A DNA stretch of 64,000 nucleotides from a virus (Duplodnaviria > Caudoviricetes): the IMG/VR virus record IMGVR_UViG_3300037424_002164, positions 23,780 through 87,779 of that record; one strand, given 5' to 3'. Below the pieces are notes generated by a model. It did not search any database and was not told the origin of the DNA. It saw only the letters and a program-made list of their open reading frames with translations. Below are positions 26,501-35,500 of the stretch, in pieces (position 1 is the stretch's first letter; each line of letters begins with the position of its first letter). Position numbers and translations under genes: made by a program.

Positions 26501-29500
26501 TGCCAATCTCCAACACGTAGGCCTTCTGCGCCGCCGATGCCGGCGCGACGACGTCGATCGGGCCGCCCTGGTAGACGGCGGGGGTGGGCAGGTTGAGCTT
26601 TTCCGCGGTCTGGATATCGGCCGCCAGCCGGAACATATTCATCAGCTCCGGAGCGTTGTGAAACTCCGCGAACCGGCTGCGCGAAATGAAGCGGCCGCCT
26701 TCAGGGGCTACCTCCATCTGGGTGCGGACTTTTCCGAACGTCTTCGCCCAGGCGTCGAACTGGTCCAGGCCCTCGCGCTCGAGATACTGGGGAATGAGGT
26801 ACCGCATCATCGTCCAGATTTCGGCGATGCTGTTCGACACCGGGGTGCCGGTGGCAAACACCAGGCCGCGATCGCCGCCGTGCAACTGGGAGACGTACCG
26901 GGTTTTGAGAAGCATGTCGGTGGCGCGATCGGCGTCGGAGTTCGGCAAGCCGGCCACGCGGTCCATCATGGTCAGGTAGCCCAGGTTCTTGAAGAGATCC
27001 GCTTCGTCCACGAAGAGCCAGTCCACGCCCAGCTCCTCAAAGGTCACCCCGGTATCCTTCTTTTCCCGCTTCGTTCGTTTCTCGATCTTCGCCTCGAGTT
27101 GCTTCTTGCGCCGGACGAGCTGCTTCACCGTGGGGTCTCGGCCCGCTTCGCCCTTCTGCTTGCCCTTGCTGAAGGTTTCAATGGCCGCCTCGAGTTCCGC
27201 GACCTGCGCATCCATGAATTCCTTGAATGTCTCGTCCTTCACCGCGAGTAGCTGGAAGTGCGTGTGCCCGACGATCACGGCATCATAGTTTCCGGTGGCG
27301 ATCCGGCTCATGAGCTTCCGGCGGTTCTGCTTGTCAAAGTCCTTTTTCGTCGGCACCAGAATCTGGGCGCCCGGGTAGGCCAGCAGGAAGGCGTCTTTCC
27401 ATTGCCCAACCAGGTGATTTGGCACTGTAATCATCGGCTTGCGGGCGAGACCCAGGCGGCGCAGCTCCATGGCCGCCATGGTGATTTCGAGCGTCTTGCC
27501 GGAGCCAACCACGTGAGCGTAAAGCGTGTTGCCGCTTTGTATCGTTCGCCATACGGCTGTCTTCTGGTGGGGATCGGGGTCCTGATTGCGCAGCCAGGTC
27601 CGGTTCAGCCCTGGAAACGTCTGGTGGGAACCATCGAACTCGCGCAGTTTGAGATTGTTGCGTTCTTCGTTGTACTTGCCTTTCAGCCGGTTCGCTCGTT
27701 TGGAATCGGACCAGAGCCATTTGCTGAACTGATCGACAAGCGCCCGTTGCTTTTCCACTGCCTCGATGGTGGCCTCGGCATTTTTCACCATCACTGTTGT
27801 CGGGTAGCCGCCGGCGGTATACCCCACCTCCTCATCGCGGGCCACGGGCATCTTCCCGTTGATGGCGAACTCCAGCAACTCCATGCCGGAGAAATACGCG
27901 GTGCCGTAGTCCACGCTGTTGGCGACGCCTTTGTCGCTGAAGGTGTATTGCGGGCGGATCGCGAAGCTGCCGGTGAGCGGGACGTACTTCACCAGATCGG
28001 TGGCGCGCGCCTCGGACTCCTCGACCCGGAGCACTTCCCGCAGGAAGTCGGAGTAATCGGTGTCCGGGATCCATGTCGCCCCGAGCGGCGCATCGATGTC
28101 GCCGATGTCGAGGTCCCGCGGCTGGATTGCTTTCAGTGCTTCGACGTTGGGCAGGAATTGGGGGTCCTCTCCGGCGGCAAACTCAGCGTCCCGCAGTTTC
28201 TTGCGCACGTTGCCGGAGAGGTATTCGTCCCTGGTTTCCCAGCTCTTCGTGATGGGGTTCCGGTAGATTTTGCCGCCCAGTTCCTGGCGCAGCTCCTCCG
28301 GCGTGCGGCCGGTCAACTCCTGCATCCGGCTCCAGTCGAGCCGCCCGAGATCGTTGAGCGAGACCGCCAGCGCCTCGGCGCCGGTTTCGACGCTGGTGAT
28401 GCGCGGCGGTTTCTGAATCGTCCGCTCGCGGAACATCGCCCGCTTGGTGGCGGTCTTGGTGTCTTTGTTGTAGTCCTCGAGTGCGGTGAGCAGCGGCCAG
28501 TCCGGATCCTCCCCAAAGACCAGGGAATTGCCGTTGCCATTCACCGGGCCGTGCCGTTTGACGAAGTGGTCGTAAACTCGGTTCAGGGCTTTGCGGGCGG
28601 CGAGGATCTCTTTCTCTTCGAATTCGTGGCGCTGGGTTCGGATGACCTCCCGCGCGGCTCCGCGCAACTCGATCAAGGCTTTGGCGCGATCGAGCTTCTT
28701 TCCCTTGAGAGGCAGTGGCCGGAAATAGGCGCCCTCCCGCCGGACCAGCGCGCCGTCGACGTAGGCGATCTGGCCGTCCTTCATGAACTGCGCGTCGGGG
28801 TAGTTTTCAACCAGGTTGTCGCGCGCGCCGGAAGGCTGCTGCTCCCAGGACGGGATAACGCCCTCGGGCAGGCGGGCGAGCATCTTGTCCAGCTTGTCGA
28901 GCGAGAATTCGCCAAACAGCTCGGGGTAGCCGCGGCGATACTGCGTGCCGGCGCCCATCTTGCCCATCATCATTTCAGGGTGCCGGTGGAAGTACTCGTT
29001 GACGTCCACCTTGAACCCGTCGTCCGTGTCCAGAGTCCGTGACTCGACCCACTTCTCGTCGGAAACGGGGACGCCTTCGGGAATCCGCCGGCGTAACGCG
29101 ATGATGTCAACCGTCACCGAGGTACCGGCGTTGGCCAGGAAGGTGTCGCGCGGCAGCCGGATCGCTCCCAGCAGCTCGGCCCGCTCGTTCACCCAGCGGC
29201 GGAAGGCCGGAGCTTTGGAATCCATCGTGTAGCGGGACGTGATGACGAGCATCACTCCGCCCGGGCGCAACTTCTCGACCGATTTGGCGATGAAGTAGTT
29301 GTGGATGTTCTCCGTCAGGTACGGAGTGCGCCGGAACGCCGCATCGTTGACTCCGACGTTGCCAAAGGGCACATTGCCGATCACCAGGTCGAAGTAGCCG
29401 TCCGGCAGGTTCGTTTCCTGGTAGGGCTTGATGACGATGTTCGAGCCAGGGTAAAGCGCCCGCGCCATGGCGCCGGTGAGAAGATCCATCTCGACGCCGG

Positions 29501-32500
29501 TCCGCCCGGTGCCGGGCGTCAGATCCTCCGGCATCATCATGAAGAAATTGCCGCTGCCCATCCCGGGCTCGAGCAGGGAGCCGCCCGCGCGGAATCCGAG
29601 GCGGCGCGCGGCATCCCACATGGTTCGGGCCAAGTCCCGGCGGGTGTAGTGAGCGTTGATGGTGGATTCCCTAGCGGCCTCGAATTCCTCCGGCGTCAAC
29701 AGGCCCTCAAGCTCCTCGCGGATCCCGGCCCACTCGCGCTTGTAGCCGAAAATGCCGTTGGCCAGCTCCGAGTCGCCCCAGCCGACGTACTTGGCGATCG
29801 CCTGCTGCTCTTCGATGGTGGGGGCGCGGTTCTCCGCCTGAACCTGCTTGACGATACGAATGGCCGCGAGGTTGTTCTGGGCTTTGGTGCGGGCGCCGCC
29901 CCGTTCAGCCTGGGCGGCCTGTTCAGGGGTTAGGCGGAAGTCTCCATCGATAGACCGAGGTTCGACGGCGTCAACTCGAGGTTGGGCTGCTCCTCTTCCT
30001 CCGGGAGGCGATACCACTGGTGGTCGGCCAGTTCGACTACCTTCTCCCAGCTCAGGCCCTGCTGCGTCAGGCTGACCCGTAGCTCCACGGTCAGAAACGC
30101 CGCCACGAGCACCAGGCGGTAGAGCACTTTCGCCTTCTCCATCTCCGCGCACATCTTCGGGCGGAACTCCTGCCAGTGTTTCAGGACCGCCTGGGCGAAG
30201 GGCGTCTCCTCCACCTCTTTGTGGGCGGCCGGCTCCGGCAGTTTCCGTGCCTGTTCGAGGGTGAGTTCGGCGGTCTCCGGCATCGGGTTGCTCCGCCTCC
30301 ATTATGCTCTTTTTTTCGGACTCGGGAGCCGTGATTTGATCGGGTTCAGCGGCTTCGGGTACCAAGGGTTCTACCGCTGCTTCAGGGGACGGAAGCCCTG
30401 CTTCCTTCCCCTCGACCCCTTCCTTCCTTTCGGACAGCGGCTTGGCCGTGTACTCCTCGTCGTCCCAGAAGTAGTTGGGGGCCTGGTTTTCGAGGCGGGA
30501 TTCGGCGGCATCGGCCGCCATCCAGCGGGACATCAGTGAATCGCCCGCGTGGTCGGCTTCTTCCTTGGTCGCGAAGAACTGGCCGTTGGGCGTCCACTCG
30601 TTCTTGACCTTGACGTAGACGCGGTAGCTTTTCGCGGGCGCCTTTACCGACTGTTCGGGGCCGCCCGTGTCCTTCCGGAGATCCCGGGCATCAAACGGCA
30701 CGTATTCGATGGTCTGTGTGGCTACATCAGGTGCACCTTCACCAGCGGGATGCGCGCGGACACGGTACTCGGTCTCGCTCACCGACGTGATGTAGCCGTA
30801 CTTCTCCTGGCCGCTCGCGTGTGTCCAACGGATGGTGTCTCCCTGGGAGAATCGGCGGGGGCCGGGCTCTGGGCGAGGGGTAGCCGGTGCCTCGGGTGCT
30901 TTCTTTTCCTGCGCTGCCTTCAGCGCCTGGGTGCCGGCAGGGTTGCGAGCGAAGGATATATTTCCCCCTTCCTCTGGCCCGCGGCGAATCAAACCCAAAC
31001 GCAGCAGTTGGGCGAGTCCGTTATTGAAGGCATCCCGCGTGAGGTTTTCAATATCGGAGGCAACCGATTCTTCAAGGCTGCCGCTTTGAGTGACGCGGTT
31101 GGTTTCGAGGTTTCTGATGATGGAACGCTCGATAACACTAAGCTGAGCGGCTTCAGGGGCACTTGGCGTCTCTGTCGTGGGCTGCCCATGGGGTGTCGCA
31201 ACGATCTTCCGGCTGATCCGCTGCACATCAGGGAGCTTGTCGGCGTCGATGATCCACGCCTTCTGTTCTCCGTTCCACCTTCCTCCCAGCTTCTTGATCT
31301 GATTCCGGTGGACGTAGGTGTCGCCGGTGAGGGCGTACTGCCCTGCCTCGGGTGTTTCTTTCCTTGTTGACTCGCCCGCCGGGAGCGCTTCGGGGGCCGG
31401 TTGACCGCTCGCCATCCGGGGTTCCGTCTCCGTCTTGGCGGACGTACCCGGGCGTGCCGGGGGTTGAGCGGGTTTTTCTCCCTGTCCTGCCGCCTCCTGC
31501 TTCGGGGCTTCAGTCTTCGCCTTCTCCTCGACCTTCTCAACCCTGCTCACGTGGACCGGACGGAACATCCCGAACCTCTGATCCGGCTCCTCACCGATGA
31601 ATACAGTAAAGCCCTCAACGCGACTGACGTAACCTTCCCGAGTCTTTCCTTCCTTGTCGGTCCAGCGGACGTGGTCATTCTTCTGGAACCGCAACTCCGG
31701 AGACTTCAATTCCTGAACGACACCGCCGCCCGGAAGTTTGTGGGTGACAACCGGGTCTGGAGCGGGCGCAGGCTTGGCAGGCTCAGCCGGTGAGCCCTTC
31801 AACTCGATCTCCGTCTGCTTCCCGCTCTTGTCGGAGAACACGATGCGGTCGAGCGTGATCTCCTGGCCGGTGATCCCGGGGATTTCCTTGCCGGTGTACT
31901 GCTTGCCTTTGCCGTCTCTCAGGTAGGCGATGGTCGCGTGCGGCTTATAGCCCGGGTGCGTCTCGGTGTTCGGCAGCGCGTCTGCGATCTTCTCGTTGAG
32001 CCGCGCCAGGTCCGGAGACTCGACGTCCACCTTGAGTACGTCGCCGTTGTCGGTGCCGGCGAAGATCGAGGTTTTACCGAGCTTCAGTTTAACCGGCGGC
32101 TCATTGGCGATCAGTTTGCGAACGGCTTCCGGCTCGCCGCCGTGCAGGCCGTACTTGATGGTGATGTGCGGCTGGGTCTCGCGACCCTTCGCGGCTGATT
32201 CCCCACCGTACTTGGCGCCCGCTTCAGATGCCAGGTGCTCATCCGGGATGGTTTCGCCAAACGCAAGGATCCTTGCGGCAATCGGCCCTTGCAGGTTGAC
32301 TTGCGTGGACGCATAGTCGAACTGTTCCTTTTCCTCCGGCTTCACGCCCCTCATCCGGTCGGTTTCGCCCTCGATCCAGTTGCTCGCGTCGTCGTACAGC
32401 TTCTGGGCGTGGGGTACGATCCAGTCTCCGAACTCCTCGGAGAGTGCCGTGGTGAACCGGCCCATGCGGTGGTGGCCGGCGAGAATCTTGTGGGCCGCAA

Positions 32501-35500
32501 CCGTCTTCAGGTCCGGCCATAGTTCCTTGAGATCCTCGGGGATCCCCGTGTCGGCCGGCTCCTCGATCGAGGCCAGGTCGCCCTCGGTCCCACGGCGCCG
32601 CTTCAGCGCTTCTTTGATGCGCGCGCTCGCGGCCGCGGCGTCTTTTTCGAGGCGCGTGCGCAACTGCTCGGAGATTTCCTGGTCGGAGAGCTTGACGGCG
32701 GGTTTTTCTGGTTCTGTCCGGGGCTTCCCGGCGGGCGCAGGTTTTCCTAGTTGACTAGGAATTTCCTGTTTGGCTGCTGCTGGCGGGGACGCAACCGCTG
32801 GTTCGCCGCTTGCGGCTCCGAAAGCAGACTTCCCCGCGGCCCCTTCTTCCTTTGCCGCAAACCCCACCCGCTCCACCGTCAGCTTGCCCGGCTCGGCGTC
32901 CCTGGCTTGCTCCTTGATCGCTCCGCGCACCCGCTCGCCATAGGCCCGGACTTCGGCTTCCTCGAGCCCGGTTGCCTTGGCCACAAACGCCACGTAGTCG
33001 GCGTCCCGCTTCGAAGGGGTCTTTTGTGCGGTGATGTAGGCGGCCCGGTCGACGTCGCTGGCGAATTCGATCTCGAAGGACTTGTTGCCGTAGTTGTAGC
33101 GCGGCATCGCGCCGGAGAGATGGCGGGGCAGCTTGCGCTCAGGCTCCTGGGCTACGGGGGTGACTTCGTCCGGATCGAGTGTGACGACGCCGGCGGCCGC
33201 GGGCGGGGCGGCTCTCTGTCGGTAGTCTTCGACCCATTTGGAGAATTCGCGTTTGTCGTCCATGCTGGGGATGCCCAGCTTGTTGCGGACTACCCGGACC
33301 AGTCGGGCTCGGTCCATTCCCTCGAATCCGGCGTCTCCTACGTTTTTGAGCTTGTCTCCAAGCCGTTCGGCAACCTGTTTTGCCGTCAGTTCACTGGCGC
33401 TCAGCCGTTCTACTTCGTCAACAATGCCAAGCCGTTGGGCCAGTTCAAAATCCCGGTCAATCGCCTCTTGGAGCCACGTCTTCTCGCCAGTCTGGATCGG
33501 CACCGGCTTCCCCGCCGCCTCAGCCAGCTTCTTGCGCCCGCCTTCGACCCGCGCCCGGAATTCCTGGAGCATCGCCTTGTCGCGCCCCGCTTCGACCCCC
33601 TCGGTTGCCGTCTCTGGCTCGGCAGCGGAAGGTTTGGCAGGCGGCGCGAATGGTTCATCCTTCCAGTACGTGGGAGCTGTCACCAGCTCGATACGCTCTG
33701 CGCCTGCGGCTTGCGCCTCCTGAAGTGTCCGGTAGTACGGACTCCACTCGCCCTTGATCTCGCCCTGGTATACCTTCCCTTCCGGAGCGACAGCCGGAGT
33801 CGTGGAGGAAACAGGGGGTGCGGGGGGAGAAACCAGGGGTTTCGCCCCTTGCGGCTGCGGCTTCCCTTGCGCGTCGAGTACCCCCTCCTGTTTCATCCTC
33901 CGGACAAGCGCCGCCCCCTGGTGCCGGGGAATCTTTAACTCCGTCCACAGCGCCTTGTCGGTGACGGGCCCGGTGGCCGCCCGGGCAAACTCAACGGCTT
34001 TCTGGTACGACTGCTCGGCTGCTTCCGTTTCCGGGCTGACCTGGGATGGGGTGGCAGGAGGCTCCGCAACCTGTTGAGGCGGCGTGACCGGCTTTTGGGG
34101 CGGCTGGGTAACGGCTGGTTGCCCGGTATCACCTGATACCGGAGGCGCCAGGAATTGCTGTTCGAAGTCGGCCAGACCCAGAGTGCCCCGGATCTTGTTG
34201 CCGGCTTTCATCTCCTTCTCGAAGAAGACCCGGCCCTTTTTGACCTCGAGCACGCGGGTGACCCCCGAGGGGGTCTCGAAGGTTGCGCCTTTGGTGATTT
34301 CGGGGGCGACGGCTTCTGATTCCGCCTGGGCCGGCCGCTCGGCCTGTGGAAGCTGGGTCCCTTCGCGTCCGAGTTTCGCCCGCTGCTTCTGGATGTCCGA
34401 GATCCGGGAGTCGGCCTCTTTCATGACCGCTTCGGCGTAGATGTCCCGGGTTCCTTCGTTGCGCGCCTGATCGGCGATGGATTGGGCCTCAGCGCGGTCC
34501 GCTACGGCTTGCGAGTAGTCCAGGTCCAGCCGCGTCGCGGTTTCTTCCGGCGTTCCTGCTCCGCCGCGCTGTTCAATGCGCGTGCGAATCGTCTCGGCGC
34601 TCCCGGCCGCAAGCCGTTTGCCGGTGGCCTCGTCGATGAGTACCCATTGCGGCCGGCCCCGGCCCTGCGCTCCAGCCGGTGTCGTCGCGCCCTCAAAGTG
34701 GATGCGGACTGCTGTGCCGTTCAGATCGAGCTTGATGTCCTCGCCGAAGATCTTGCCCCAATCCTCGGTGGCGATCTTCTGAGCTTGCTCGCTCCAGGCT
34801 TGCGCCGCCAGACGCTGGCCGCTCTTCGTAAGCGCGGCCGTTTCCTCGACGGCGGTTTTCAGGCGCACCTGGCGGGGCGCGCCGCGCGCGGGGATCTCTC
34901 CGACCGGATATGCCTCTGCCGCGGTACGCCCCGCCTTTACCGCTCCCGCGGCGGCGAGCGCCGCTATGGCCGCGCTGCCGAGCGCTGCCGCTCCGTGTTC
35001 CGTGGCGGCAATGTAGTCTCCCCGCTTCGCGGCTTTCCAGGCCGCGTCTCCCTCCAGAATCGTCCCATTGCCGGCGAGCACGGCGAACCCGGCCGGGACC
35101 GCCGCCATGGTGGCGACGTCAGCCGCCTTCATGACGACCGGGGAGCCTTTCAGCAACTTCACGGCGACGGGAAGGTTGACGACTCCGCGCAGGAGATTGG
35201 TCGCGCCCGCGCCCAGCGCCACCATACCGGCGCTTTCCATGCTGGTCAGAGGTTCGACGGCACCCGTCAGGCCGCGCTCTGCTGCGATGAGTCCTTCGAG
35301 CGGATTCCCCTGCGCCTCCTCGGCCGTGGGCAGCAGCAGCGACGGCCGCACGATCGGTTCTCCCATCGGCCGCGCGTACTTGTTGGTGATGTTGGTCTCG
35401 ACGAAGTGTTTGCCGAATCGTTTCAGCCCTTCCGGGATGGTGTATTCCGGGCGAATCGAAACCTCAACTCCCGGCACCCCCGGCGTTCCAGTCCGCTCCG

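Noticed and set aside
25548-29042. Long plus-strand ORFs (567 and 594 aa) antisense to the helicase/MTase
   Set aside because: Shadow ORFs typical of GC-rich codon bias; no recognisable motifs, while the opposite strand is a clear conserved protein
30989-31600. Other same-strand off-frame ORFs within the giant gene (30989-31540, 31352-31600, 33410-33658)
   Set aside because: Low-complexity Arg/Pro/Ser products with no convincing SD, unlike the two nested candidates reported
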